Shown one piece after another: positions 1-13,600 of a DNA stretch of 64,000 nt. Numbering within the stretch: the first letter of the stretch is position 1; every line of letters starts with the position of its first letter. Where the stretch lies: positions 57,972,001-58,036,000 of the forward strand of contig CM052828.1 of the NCBI GenBank assembly GCA_028534125.1, written 5' to 3'. The notes beneath the pieces were generated by a model. That model did no database searches. It was not told the DNA's origin and saw only the letters and a list, made by a program, of their open reading frames with translations. The translations under genes were made by a program, and so were the position numbers. The DNA comes from Lama glama. Lineage: Eukaryota.

Positions 1-1149
1 TCCTTTGCTTTCTCCGCCTCCCTCCTCGCACAGTACCCTGCACACGGAAGGCACCCAGCACACGCACCGTGCTGAGCGCGTGGCAGCATTTGTGAGGTGT
101 GTTGTTGCCGTTATTGCTGCCAGTAGAGGGGGAAAATGAGAGGGTGTTTTACAGTAACGTGGCAGCTTCACAGGTTCACAGATCAATCTTCCTGTTGAGA
201 TATTTTAAATGAATGCGTGACACTCACTGGGAATCGTCTGGAAGACGGCTGTAGCTTCTGAAGAACATAAATTACGGAGTCAGACGTCATGTGTTAGCCA
301 GTGTGCTGTTATTTCCTAAAGCAGTACTTCCACTGGTGGTAAAACTGGCAGCCAGGGGAGACTGTTTGGAAGCGCTTTATCCATGGGTCCCAGAGGAACT
401 GCAGAAATACAAGGTGTATCACACGAGAAATGCTGCTCATTAATTTCACCTCGACGGTTCAGAAGAGTGCTACTTTTCAAATCTTAATTATCTTTCCTCC
501 GACTCTGTTTAATTGGGACATTTCATGATTATGATATTAAGAGGGAACTCAGCATTCATTCATTCATTCTCCTTCCTTTCAGCAATGCACTCCTGACGTT
601 TGCAAATTATGAATTGGTTTCTCATCTGTTTTCCATTCCATGTTCTATAATAATTATGCTACTGGTCACCCTGCCTTCTCCCCAGCAAGGGCAGCATATC
701 TAAGTTTTACGATAGCTTTTCGCTGCCCTTGGGGAAGATAAAAGGGCCTGTCCCATGGCAGGATCAGGGGCTAATGAATCCCAGCAGAGCCGTGAAGCAG
801 GTGGAAGGATGGTGCCCTGCAGGATCTGCAGGTTCTCCAGTCGCTCAGGCCTGCCGCCCTGCCCTCCACTTTCTCATGTGAACTTGCTCAAGACCCAGTG
901 GGTTTGTGGCTTTGCCGTGCAGGTTGGATTCGGGAGCTCAAAGGGTCCGTGTCTCAGAAACAACAATAGGGAGCAAATGAGAGGTTTGCCGGGTGGCCGG
1001 TGCCTTTCCTGCTACTCCGCTCATCCTCCCAGAGGCCGGGCGGTCACCTCCTCGCAGGCCTGGGCAGCCCCTCAGGCCCCTCCCCGAGAATTTGCAAACA
1101 CCCCACTTTCCAGTCGGTTATCCCCCTTCTCCCTCTTCCTCCTCACCTC

Positions 1150-2130
1150 ATAAAACCGCCGGGATCAGCAGGGCAGGACGAGCAAACGCGCCATGACGCA
1201 GGTGATGACACATGACGTGGGGCCGGAGCGAGAGGGTGTCCGGCGAGTTTCCGGTCTGGGAGGGGAGGGGTCTTGTTCCCGCGACCGCCCAAAGTTAGAG
1301 CATTAAATCGCCCTTGAGAAGAAAAACGCCAGTACAAAACATTACTTGTATACAACAAAATACATTCATCTTCACTGAGAAAAATATACATTGCTGCACC
1401 CTTTCTGTCACATTTCTAAAAGGTGATGTGACCTTTGCACTTTCTAAGAGGATGCACTGTGACCTCCCCAGAAAACCTGATCCTGTGACCCCCCCTTTCC
1501 CTGCAGCTCTAGCCTTCCGGATAAGATCTGCTCTTGCAACACGTTCAGTCTTTTATAGATTTCATTTCTAATTCAGAGGTTTTTTGTTTTGGTTTTTTTT
1601 GACTATCTACCTAAATATTGTTTAATGCAGCTTTCGTCACAAACTCAGCCAGCCGATCTCCTCGGGTTGGGCCTCCCTCATTTACAAGCGAGGTGAACGT
1701 CCTGGCTGCCTGTCTGCGGGGAATGCGGGGGCTGGTGGCTCGCGGGCAGCACGGTGAGCGCCCCGCAGGCCCCCTGCTCTGCACCGAGGTTCCGCCTTCA
1801 TCCCTCACTCCGCGCCGGCTGCAGCGAGCACGCCCGCCGGCTCTGAACCTCGTCCGAACGTAACCTCGCAGACGGAGTTTCCCGTAACGTGGCCCAGGAG
1901 TGCGGTGTCACAGAAGTGGCCTTCTGGGGAGCGTTGTCATTGTTGGGATTGAGCTTAAGCTAAGGTGGCTGAGAAGGAAAGCCGGTGAGCAGAAACATTC
2001 CTCTGCTTTCTTTTGCGTAACAGCTGGGAGGACTCAGCTCGCCGCGCAAGCCCGGGCCGCTGCCGGCCAGCTGGCAGGGAGCACCGCGGAGCAGGAGCGC
2101 CGGGTCCTTAACAGCTGCATCGCTGCTTTT
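1150..2130. promoter_or_regulatory. CpG/GC-rich segment, candidate promoter or enhancer
   Basis: High local CpG density in two blocks (~1150-1290 and ~1650-2130). Motifs: TGACGCA (1194), TGACGTGG (1213), TTTCCGGT (1248). No linked gene seen. Confidence 0.4.
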
Positions 2131-3536
2131 CCATCTGTAGCACAAACCATATGCCAACCCCCAAAGTAGGTGGGGAGGGGTCCCTTTAAAAAGAGATTTT
2201 CAAAGCCCCAGAGAAAAAGCATTTTCCCTACGGTGTACCTGCTTTGATCTTATACCCTCCCACCCCTCTTCCCCTTCCTCACCAGAGCTGGACACCCCCA
2301 CAGCCTCTAGAACTGAGGCAAACAATAACAGGGCGTTTTGCTTGGTCAACTTCAGGAGATTATTTTTCAGGTAACTAGTAAAGAAGCCTAACATTTGCAG
2401 GCTTTTTTTTTTTTTAAATCATGTAATCATTTAGTTTGGAAAAACCTCTCATGATGTTTAAAACTCTTTGTCTTACTGCTTCATCAGAACACCATATTCT
2501 GAACTGTCTTTAAAAAGCACAGAATAAGTACCTTCAGGAAATGTTCCAAGATTTTCTTTGTCAGAGTAGTTTTAGAAGTTCATAATCGACAGTTAAGGAA
2601 CATCATATCCCAAGAAGACCATCTAGTCCCTTTCTTCCCTTCCAAGGTCACGGGGGTCGTGAGAACTGAACTAGTGAGACAGTCTGATCAAATACTTGGT
2701 TTTATAAAAGGAGATGCCCATTTAAGTCAACATGAATTCTAGAATGAGGGCTGTTTGGAGCGGTCAATCACTTCCAGAAGTTATTTTCTGCTAGATGTGA
2801 GAAGAAAGTATTTTCCCACTCTTTTGTGAACATCTCAAAATACAGATGGCACGGGGCCAGTGGCCACGAGAACCCGTAAAGACTCCTCATGGCCACTCAG
2901 GGATGGCAGAGCTGGCCCCTGACTCAGCACCCAGCTGCCTTTGGAGCTGGGGGTGAGCGCCCTCGGAGCACACTTGTCCTCCCGTGACTCGTCCGAGTGC
3001 GGCTGGCGTGGCCATCCTGGGGGAGGTGATGCGAGGGGTTTCCCCCTTTATCTGCTTTTCACCTTGATTTCTGAGTCTTGCCCCATCACTACTAAGAGCA
3101 ATATTTCATACCCACGTACTACTTTACTGTTTAAAAAGTGCCTACTCATAAAATAGTTCATTTAAGGAGATGCCCAGTGCAGAAACCTGGAAACTTTTCC
3201 TTTGAAGAGCGACGCACACTGGATGGAACTGACCAGCTCGGTACTGTTTGGTGGAGTATTTTTATATTATCCTAAACATAAGCCGAGGAGCCACATGGCA
3301 CATCTTTGCAAGGAGTCATGAGAAAAAGAGTCCAGCTGCCGAGCAGCAAGTAACAGGGAATTCTAGTTTTTACTTTCATTTCGCAAATAACATTGAAGGG
3401 AATCTGTTTTCTAATTTTCAGCAACACTGCCTAAGAACCCTCACTCCAGTTTCCAGGTGTTCACTCCTTCTCCAGACTCTGAATCACAAGGAATCTAGGT
3501 TGGCAGAATCTTTGGCTGACATCTTAGGTGTATTGT

Positions 3537-3540
<4 letters not shown>

Positions 3541-3570
<30 letters not shown>
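3541..3570. repeat. (GT)15 microsatellite
   Basis: Perfect dinucleotide run, followed by a degenerate CA/TG-rich stretch to ~3755. Confidence 0.98.
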
Positions 3571-3572
<2 letters not shown>

Positions 3573-4087
3573 TTATTTATATATGACACACATGCAGATG
3601 TGATACTACTCATAGACATGTGGACATAGACATGTATAAACATACATACCCACTACTTGCCCCCATAAAACCTCCATGAATGTAGAATAATACGCACACA
3701 TGGACACACAACATGCAAACACGCACACGTGTGCTTCAGTGTGATGTATATACGCATTTAAAGGGGACTGGGAGTAATCTTAGCAGCACATACTTGTTAT
3801 TTACCTTAGGACTGGTGGGATTGTAGACAATTTATTTAATTTCTATTTTTATTTATTCTCCAAAAATCTGTAATGGATATGCTAAAAACATGCCCCCAGT
3901 TGCATTATTGCATATGGCAGTAATCTTTGTCCTTGTCATGAGTTGCCAGAGTTTGGAGAAACAAGAGGAGCAGCTCACTGTGGTCAGTCTAGTCAGGGGG
4001 ACCCAGTGAAGGAGAGGCCCCGTGCATGTCCTGGAAGGGGTTTACGGGGTGTACAGAGGGGCAACCGTGACCGCCATGCAACCAGCC

Positions 4088-4483
4088 TGTCAGTCTGCTG
4101 GGGATACCGTAAGAAAATGCCACGGATTTAAATTTAAATTTAAACTATCAAAATTGATTTCCTCACACTGTGGAGAGTGGAAGTCCAAGACCGAGGGGCC
4201 AGCGTGGTGGAGTTCTGGTGAGGGCTCTTTTCCAGACTGACAGACGGCTGCCTTCCTGCTGTGTCCTCACAGGAGTGGAGACTGAGAAAAAAAGGAAGAG
4301 AGAAGGAGCCTCGGGTGCCTCTTCTTACAAGGACGCTAATCCCAGCATGAGGGCCCCACCCCCTGACCTCCTCTAACCTTAATTACTTCCCTGAGACCCC
4401 CAGCTCCCAATACCATCGCAAGGTGGGTTAGGGCTTCTACATGTGAATCTGGGGAGGAGGAGACACAAACATTCAAAGCAGCA
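4088..4483 (-). mobile_element. MaLR solo LTR, MLT1A-like
   Basis: Diagnostic strings 'gaagtccaagaccgag...ttctggtgagggctct...tgtcctcac', 'atgagggccccacc...ctaaccttaattacttccc...aataccatc' and 'gacacaaacattca'. Confidence 0.85.
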
Positions 4484-6151
4484 GCTGCCCTCAGCTCTAT
4501 TCCAGTAAGTATTCCAGGCTTATGAAATAGTTCAGGGACACACAGCTTTGTCCCGTGGCTACAGGATCCTTGAAGAGCTAGCACCAGTGCCCTTTTGGAG
4601 TTCCCTGAGGTGAATGGTGATATTATCCTAGAAATGGCAAAAACAAACAAACAAACAAAAACCTCAACCCAAAATGCTATTTTCAGTTCTGTGTAGATGA
4701 TAGGAAAAAGGCCTACACAGAAATTACAAAAAAAACCAAATTCAGAACAGATGTCAGGAAATACTTTGCTCCCCAGAGGAGAGGAAAAAAATAATAGATG
4801 AGAAGAATATTTAACCAAGGCAGTTTACTGAGCTAAGAACCCCGGATCATCAATTAAAAATAGGGACTGGGTGCTGGGCTGCAGGGAAGCTAGGCGGACG
4901 CCAGACTGAGAGCGAGAAACGTGACCTTCCGAGGATAGAAATGACCCTGGGCGCGGTGGTCGGCCGACTGTGCCCCTGGCCCTGCGGCCTTCGTCTCTCC
5001 TTGGGTGTTTGAAAGGTGTGTCCCAGTTGTGTTTATGAGACAGGAAGTGCATGTTCTAGCAGGAAATAGATCTGTCCCTGCAGACACAGGTGGCTGTGCA
5101 CCTCATTAAGTTGGGAGCCAGTTGCGCCCCTTTCACCAGTGTTTCTCCTTTTGATTCCATCGCTCTGGCAGAGCTTTCCAGGCGAGGTCTAGCTGGTTTT
5201 CTGAATGACTGCAGGTCGTGTTTACAGACCAAAATTTCCTGAGTGATTATCGGTGGCGAATGTCCTCATTCAGCTGAGCATTTAACACGCTCTCTCTTTT
5301 CAAGGGTGAGAGCTGCATGGGCTGAGAAGCTGAGGGGACGTTTGGGACCAAGAACATTTCAGTTTATGTTAGGAATGTGAGTCCAAGGAAAGGCCAAGCC
5401 GTTTTAAGCTCCCTGGACACATCATTGTGGATTCCCTCCTCTTGGAATCACTAAGTCACCCCTCAAACTGGCTCAGGAAAGTAGGCTGAGTGGTAGTGAT
5501 GTATACACGGAGGAAAACTCAGAAGGGGAAAATTTTGATCAATTCTGTACCAAACTAAAAAAAAGAAACACGAAAACGTAGTCCCTGATGTCAAGATGTT
5601 CACAGTACAGTGGCAAGTCGCCGAAGCGCTCAGTATGGCCTGTAAGTCCTGGCAGAAGGTCCTACAAAATGCTGGCTTCTTCGCCGACAAGGTCCCAGGG
5701 CCGAGCGGAGAGCCTGCCTTGACGAGGTGCTCGGTGACTCATGCTGAAGGAATAAATAGCCCATGCTTTTCATCTTCCTGCAGATCCCTGCTGCCTTTCC
5801 TCTGTTTTTCACGCAGAGCACTATTAACTGATACATCGAGCATCAGTTCAGACGCCTCTCCTGGAAGCACTCGAGGACAGATGCCTCGCTCCCGCAGCTC
5901 CCACCCCGCAGAAGTGCGCTGCTGCCCTCCTCTGAGCTCTCGTCAGCCTCTGGACGTGCTGTTACCACAGCGCCGATAGCCCTCTGCTGTGACGATGGCT
6001 CTGTTTGTCTTGCTCCCCTGCAAAAGGTACTGCTCCTTGAGATCACGGCAGTGTGTTGCTGCATGACGTATCTTTTTTTAAACCCACCATATTTCCCAGC
6101 ACGGAGTTCATGCCTCATCAAAGTTTATTAAACTGAAGTGATCTGGGGAAT

Positions 6152-6650
6152 TGCCTTATTTGGGTTCACCCCCCAAAATGAGCTTGACATGAGGTCTAGG
6201 GTGCAGGTGGTCTATTAGGAGGATGATTCCAGAAGAGAGAGCATGGGGGAGTGAGATAGGGAAAGAAAAAGCCAAAGGAGAAGATAATGCACCAGTAAAG
6301 GTTGCACTCGCTGTGAGCACCTGGGGCTCAAGCCCTCTTGTGACCCCTGGGAAATTGCAACACCTGCAGCGCAGACTGCTCCTCCAGTGGAAGGGAGGCT
6401 GGTGCACTTACCTAGCCATCTCCCCACCCGCTAGTAATGGCTGTCCGGGTGGTGTCTACACCCCATCATTCCTTGGTTGCCTGCCAGGGCCTTTGGGAAA
6501 GCGCAGAGACGAAAAAGCTGAGTCAGGGAAGCTGTTAGCAAGCGGGGATCTGTCCATCCAGCGGCAGTGAAGCCAGCAGTGGGCAGAAGAGGTGGCGTGG
6601 GGTGTGATAGCGTCTGCAATGGACTGAAGGCCGACTGAGGAGCAGAGGCA
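6152..6650 (-). mobile_element. Old ERVL-class LTR (LTR16/LTR33-like)
   Basis: 'ttatttgggttcacccccaaaa...gggtgcaggtggtctattaggaggatgattccagaag...gtgagatagggaaag...cacctggggctca' resembles these consensuses. Right boundary uncertain. Confidence 0.55.
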
Positions 6651-6929
6651 GGCCTGGAGAAGGTAGCCAGTGGATGGACGCATTGTCCAGCCCCCTGTGA
6701 TGAAGGCAGAGAGATGGATGTCGTGGATATGGTTAGCGGTCTTTCTTCTTCCACCCAAGCTGATAGTAGCCTCTTTAGAGGGGGCCATAGCTCAAGAAAA
6801 TGAACTATAAGCAGATTCACAACTGCAGGCACATGCATTCTAGAGATAGGAGGGGGCAATAAGACCTCTTTCCCACCGCCTCAAAGAATAAAAAACGCAT
6901 GCTGCCATGTTTTTACATTTTTACAGACT

Positions 6930-7668
6930 TTTAAAACACAAGTATAGATAATGTACAATATTATATGTCATAGGTATGCAATATGGTGATTCACAATTTT
7001 TAAAAGTTATACTCCATTTATAGTTATTATAAAATGTTGGCTGTGTTCCCCGTGTTGTGCAGTGCATCCTTGTAGCTCATTTCATACCTTAGAGTTTGTG
7101 CCTCTTCATCCCCTACCCCATCCTGCCCCTCCCCACTTCCCTCCCCCCACTGGGAACCACTGTTTGTTCTCTATGCCTGTGAGTCTGCTTCTTTTTTTTG
7201 ATATTCACTAGTTTGTTGTATTTTTTAGATTCCACATGTAAATGATATTGTTCAGTATTTGTCTGCTTCTGTCTGACTTATTTCACTTAAGGTAATACCC
7301 TTCAAGCCCATTCATGTTGCTGCAAATGGCAAAATTTCATTCTTTTTGATGGTTGAGTAGTATTCCATTGTGCATGCATGTGTGTATGTGTAGCACATCT
7401 TCTTTACCCATTCATCAATTGATGGACACTCAGGTTGCTTTCATATCTTGGCTATCGTAAATAGTGCTGCTATGAATATTAGGGTGCATGTATCTTTTTG
7501 AATTAGTGTTTTTGTTTTTCTCAGATCTGTACCCAGGAGCGGAATCCGTGGGTCACATGGTATCTCTTAGTTTTTTTGAGAAACCCCCACTCTGTTCTTC
7601 ATAGTGGCTGCACTGATTTTAATTTACATTCCCACCCACAGGGTAGGAGAGTTTACTTTTCTCCACAG
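6930..7668 (-). mobile_element. LINE-1 3' UTR plus end of ORF2 (cetartiodactyl-type)
   Basis: 'tagattccacatgtaaatgatat', 'tgacttatttcactta', 'catgttgctgcaaatggcaaaatttcattc', 'catagtggctgcac...tttacattcccacc'. Confidence 0.92.
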
Positions 7669-9714
7669 GCTTTTATTAGCTCCCGTATTCATAACCATAG
7701 ACCTTTAGGGCCTCATGTTAGCTTGTTGAAGCTATGTAAAAATTCTATGCCTAATATCTTTGAAAACCCTTAGATATTTATGTACTCATCTTAATCATGT
7801 CCTCTCTCAGACCAGAGAGTCCACTTTATAGATAGGAAACACCTGGTACAGAAAGGAAAGGATTCACAGTTAGTGATGGAGAGAGAAATACATTTCCTGA
7901 CTTTTAACTTCAACACCATCTACTCAACTCAGCAACTGTATTGAGTCAAGCAAGCAGCTCCTTTCATGTAGGACAAAGTGAAGGGACTTGCTGAAAAGAC
8001 CAAAGGAAATGATCTCAGTAATGGAACCATCTAAAACACTGATGGCAGACTTTTATCAGGTTAGTTTATTTGTAGAATTTTTTTTTGGCCTTCACATTAT
8101 GTGTGACTTTGCAGTGAGAGGGGATTTGACATTTTATTTGGTAGACTGATTTAAAATTAAAAGGTTGAGATGATATAAGAGACTATGGGTGATACTGAAA
8201 CAAAGGAGAGGCATTCAAAGATTTGGAGGGTTGTCCAACTGGAGACATGATGCTATATTTTAAAAATGAAAGCTTTGTGCTTTCTGTAAGAAATGCTACT
8301 ACTGGTGCATGTTACCCATCTCCAGGTTGAAGCTGAAACAAGTACAAGGCTACATTTTGAGTTAAGGGCACACCATATTCTGGGGCAGTCTACTGTATGA
8401 TAGGGGCTCACTAATGCTGCGACATTAAGTCACTTTGGGGTCAGAAGTGAATCAAACCTAATGCTTGAGAAATAATTGAATAAGAAAACCCTGTTTGTGA
8501 GTAGGTTGACTCAAGAAGTAAGGAATGGCAAGTGCCAGGAGGTCGTTCTGGAAATTTGTCTTTGAAGGCATCTTCGTAAGTCAGCTGAATCAGAACAGCT
8601 TTATTGGTGGGAAACCCCAGTTCTGTCTAATCACGCCATGGATTTGTACAACATGGATCAACCCAAGCTGTACAAATAATGATGTACTAGGTAACGAAGA
8701 TTAAGGCTATTTAGAAAAGATAACTTCCATGGTATTAGGGCAGAATACACAATAGTTTATTTGGCTTGAAACACATTCTGCATATCTGCAGGAGCCAAGC
8801 AGGGTAAACAGGGGGCGGGGGGGGCATGACATTTATCCTGCTCTTAAGAGAGTAAGATCACGAGAAAACGTATGAGAAGGAGTACTGAGCTGTCCAGATC
8901 CATGTGAAGTCTAAACACAGGGTGCAGGTCTGTTTCGTCCCCCACCAAAGCCTGGGAAGGCCCTCTACCTCCTTTCCCTTCTGGTCTTGGTCTTAAAGGG
9001 GCCAGAGAGAAAAAAATGAACGACCGCTTTTAAGGAATCACAGCCTCTCAGGCTTAGAAAGGGCAGTGATATTCAAGTTTAATTGCTCACCAGAAAGTTA
9101 AGGCCTTTCTATAATATCCTTATCAATGGTCTTTAGGTGTGTACTTGAGTTTCGGCATTACTGAAGCATCTCAGGCCTCCCCAGACAGTTATTCTGTATT
9201 GAGATGCACAATTTCTCTGATAACTTACGATTCCTTGAGTACTTCCTAGCACATACCTAGAAATTCTTAAAACATAGCCTCAAGACATTCCAAAAATGAT
9301 CTTAAAGTACAGAGTGTTAAGTTCATCCTTTAATAAATTATGCAACTCTTAATGCAGCTGAAGATCAAGTTGGCTTTGGTCTGGCAGTTAGCCCCACTAC
9401 ACTGTTGATTTATAAAAAGCTTAATCCACCTACAACCTTACAAAGCTCTTTTATGCCTGCTACCACCAGGACACAAATCCTCAGTTGTCTTCTTGTAGAA
9501 GAAGTTTTCAAAATTGAAGATGGCCTGATAATCTTGAATCCAGTGGGTAATTTTATCAAATTCAGGGTGGAATCTGTGGCCTGCCTGTACCTAACCCTCC
9601 TTCTGACCTCCCTGGCCGGGAACACCAAGATCACATGGCTGGAACATGGTGTGGGCTGCGTCCCTTTCCTGCTATGGTTGCCTTTAAAGCCCCTGCATCT
9701 GCATGTATCCTGAG

Positions 9715-9926
9715 CAGTGGTTCTCAGGCAGGGGTGGTTTTGCCCCCCAGGGACATTGGGCAAAGTCTGAAGACATTTTTGGTTTTCAAATGGGGAGAGA
9801 GTGAACTGGCACCTAGAAGATTGGGGCCAGCGATGCTGCTAGCATCCTACAAAGCACAGGACAGCCCCCTAGCAGCAAAGAATCGCACAGCCCCAGAAGT
9901 CAGAGGTGCCGAGTTTAGAACCCCTG
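9715..9926 (+). mobile_element. MER20 hAT-Charlie DNA transposon, near full length
   Basis: Starts 'cagtggttctca', has 'ttttgccccccagggacattgggcaa...catcctacaaagcacaggacagccccc', ends 'agaacccctg'. Confidence 0.92.
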
Positions 9927-10949
9927 ATGGGACCATTCTTGTTATTAACAGTGTCAGTCAAGGCCCGCCTGGGTGCATCGCTGAGCATAGGAGCTGGATT
10001 TAGCTCTTGTCCTCAAGGCGGACAAGCAACCAGTCCCCGTCAGGGGAGTGTACAACGTATGGAGGGGAAACACAAGAGTGAAGGCAAACACGTTTATCAC
10101 TGCGTTTGCAGACACACTTAAGAAGAGCAGTGGCAATTTCTTCTGTGAGATGAAGTGTCAGAAGATCATTAAATTAGATTCACAGTTCAACCCACACAAG
10201 TAAGAAAATGTGAACCCAAATGTGAGTCTTGAGCGCTGGTGTCTGCAATGTGGACTCTAGGCATCATGACATGTTACTCAAGCTGATACAAGCTGTAATC
10301 CTTTTAGTCTGGGAACATTAGTTGCAATTCCAGAGAGATGAAGATCTGGAAGGCTGCATCTTTTTTTTTAAATATAAATTTACCAATGCAATCTCAAATT
10401 TCAGATGGCATGACTTTTTGCTCAGCCTCAATCTGACTTACGCCTTAGGTCGCCCATATAGAAACGCATGCTTTCTATGAAAACATTGGTTAGGCAGTGC
10501 AGTAACAGAGTGTCCTGACTGGTTTGAAAAGTAACTCGATGTCTCTATCTTTTCCAAGTGATACCTATTTTTATTGCAATCTTTCTGCCCTCAAATTTAA
10601 AACTTTGAGATAAACTTTCAGATCCATTCATCAGTCTCTGACCAGACTTCTCCTAGAAGCCCCCGCTCCTGCAGGTCTCCATAACAACCCATGTTTTCCT
10701 ACTCTGCCTTTCCTAGGTTACATTAAAGTGAGTGTGTGAGGTGTGACGAGGGCTGGGACATGGTGCTATTCCTCCTGCTCCCTGCACCTCTCATAATCTG
10801 CCTGATGAAATATTAATTAAGCTAAACATACTGACACTCAATATTTATAGGTTCTTATCCATAAGAGGGGTATTGAGCTAAGTTGAGTCCCAGGGCAGGA
10901 AGTTCCTTTAGTCAGAACAATTACTTGCCCACCCATTAAATCACAATCA

Positions 10950-11130
10950 CTATCACTTATTGGACATGATCTGTGTGCTAGGTGCTATTGCAAGTGTGTT
11001 ACAGGGAAGACTTCGCTCAATTCCCATGACAACCAAGGAAGCAGGTACCACGATTACCCCCATGCTAGAGCTCAGGCACATGGTAAACAACGTGCCCATC
11101 AGCTAGGGGGTGGGCACCGAGCCATGCCCC
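10950..11130 (-). mobile_element. MIR SINE fragment
   Basis: 'cacttattg...tgtgctaggtgctattgcaagtgtgttaca...catgacaacc...attacccccat'. Confidence 0.65.
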
Positions 11131-11514
11131 ACAAATGCAGGTTGATCAACCCAATCTTTGGTCCTGTCCTTAAAAGACTTAAGAGTCTACAAACAAGCAG
11201 AGAGGGAACACAGTGCCCTGCGGTCATAAGCATCAAAAGAGGCTGTGAAGGATGCTATAAAGAGGACTTAACCAATGACTCTGGAGCTCATTGACAACTT
11301 GCTGCTAATCTGAGGCCCCCGGGACAAGGAAGAGCTCCTGAGGAGGGCTGTGCATCGTGGGGAGAGACCTGGAGAGTCTCAGGTTGTAAAGAGGTCCTCA
11401 CAGCTGCACCACGTAATGTGAGGGGAGCAGGTGGGGAGCAGGTGGGGAGCGGTGGCGGGAGCAATGCGGGGAGATTGTTGTTAGGTTTTGCTGTTGTTTT
11501 GTCCCATTGTAAGG

Positions 11515-11806
11515 TTTTTTTTTTTTTTATAACTGAGGTGTAGTCAGTTTACAATGTTGTGTCAATCTCTGGTGTATAGCACAATGCTTCAGTCATACAT
11601 GAACATACATATATTCATTTTCATATTCTTTTTCACCCTAAGCTACTGCAAGATATTGAATATATTTCCCTGTGCTATATGGTATAAACTTGTTTATGTG
11701 TTTTATATGTACCAGTCAGTATCTGCAAATCTCAAACTCCCAGTTTTTCCCTTCCCACCCCGCTCCCCCCCGGCAACCACAAGTCTGTGTTCTATGTCTG
11801 TGAGTC
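11515..11806 (-). mobile_element. 5'-truncated younger L1 3' end (camelid-like)
   Basis: Poly-T followed by 'gtagtcagtttacaatgttgtgtcaatctctggtgtatagcacaatgcttcagtcat...ttctatgtctgtgagtc'. Confidence 0.9.
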
Positions 11807-11839
11807 AGAAGCGGAAGAACGACATGATGGTTCTTCAGT

Positions 11840-13600
11840 GCATCCCAGAGGGATTACGTTGCAATGTGGAGAATGTATCAGAAGCGAGCAATGCTAGGAC
11901 CAGAGAGAACAATTTAGAATCCTGCAGGGAATGGGGTGAGAGGTACTGGTGGACAGCAGGGCACTGACAGTGGACATGGGGAGAAAAGACAAGCTCAAAA
12001 GAGACTCAGGTGGTATGACTGACGGGAATTTGATTGGATGTGGGAAGCAAGGGAGGTGAGGGAAGCAAAAGGAAAAGGATTCTTGCCTGAGCATCTTGGG
12101 AGATGGTGATGCCTGCCACCAAAACGTGGGACCAAGAGAAAGCTGGTTTGGTGGGAAGGGGATGAACTTATTGAGGGACATTGGAGTTAGACCCACAGGG
12201 AGATATTCAAGTGGCAGATTTCACTGGTTAAAGGGATATATTCATCTAAATCTCCAGATAACGATCTTGGCCAAGGATGTGAATTTATGAATCAGAATCC
12301 ATCACTGGTTAATTAAAGCTGGAGGATGATGGAGCAGAAAGGTGTGTAAGGTTAGAAGAGCAGAGGAGCTGGGACGGGCAAAAAGAAAAGTACAAAGTAA
12401 ACTGAGAAAGAGGAACCAGAGAGTCAGGAAGAAAATCCGGTGCATGGTGTCCTTTAGAAGCCAAAGTAGCTGAGTGATGTCCTTTGGTAGGGTAGGTAGG
12501 TGTCCTTTGAAGTCCTTTGCTGGGGTACTAAGTGACAGGAGCTATTTGAGTAGAATGCTAGGAATTCAGTAGAATGCTGAAGTCAGGTGGCAGAGAGCAA
12601 AGAGACAGCTAACGCAGGCACTGCTTCAGGGAATTTAGCATCGAATGCTTAGGAGAAGCAGTGCGGGGCGGGTGGTGAAGAGACGATTGCCAGGAAAGTG
12701 CTGGTAGAGATGGAGATGCTGCACAATCAATGAAATACATGAGAATAGAGAAAGGGTCGGCATCCTTCACAGGCGGGCACACGGGGGGCGAGCCTTGGTT
12801 CCGGGGAGGGCCCCTCCTGTAACAGGAATGGAAGGTAAAAGCGGGTGCAGGTGCCAGTAGGCTTACAGGCTTGGTCTTTGGACACTGAAGGAGCCCATCA
12901 TCTCTCCCTCAGGATCTTTTCCCTTTTCCTTCTAGGAGGTGGTGAGTTACCTGCTGAGAGTCCAGAGCTAATCATGATGGAAAATCGATTCGAGTCGTGG
13001 GGGAAAATGTAAGAGAGAGCATATGGCTCTGAAAAGCCTTCCATTTCTATTCAAATTTAGGAAACAGCCAAAAGGGCATTTGATAAATTCAAATAAGACT
13101 GTGCTTCAAAGAATCAATCATCTTAATAATCATAACCCACACTGGTGTGAGAGGAGTATGCAGTACGGGAAGGAACTCAAGAGACGTTTGGGAGGTAGAA
13201 TCCACGGCACTTAGTGGCTGATTGGAAAGGGGTGAGTGAGAACAGGGGCGGCCCGGCTGATTCCACTGGGTCTGCTTTGAGTGGTTGCATCTGAAGAGCT
13301 GTTCACAGGGCACTGAGGAGAGGACCAGGCGTTCAGATCTGGACATTTCCAGCATGAGAATCCTGAGTGACTTTAAAAATTCCAATTCCATAGTTGGGTC
13401 TAGAGCTCCGAAGAGAGGTTTGGGTGGAAAAGTAGGTCAGGGAGTTTGTGTGAGGAGTCATGGGGTTAACCAGAACATCCCTTCAAGATACGCAAATTGA
13501 AGAAGTGAAGGCAGCACAGGAGATGGACAGAGAGGGGTGGGAATCCAAGAGGGGGTGGGAACACAGAGGCAAGGAGGACCGGCCGCCATGCTGTCCGTGA
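11840..13600 (-). mobile_element. Degraded L2 fragments
   Basis: Purine-rich L2-antisense motifs 'tgattggatgtggg', 'ggagatggtgatgcc', 'ggaggtagaatccacggcacttagtggctgattgga'. Patchy. Confidence 0.6.

Noticed and set aside
9437..9590. Protein-looking minus-strand frame (RFHPEFDKITHWIQDYQAIFNFENFFYKK...)
   Set aside because: Only ~50 codons between stops, no ATG, no good acceptor tract and no family recognised; compatible with chance. A tBLASTn would settle it.
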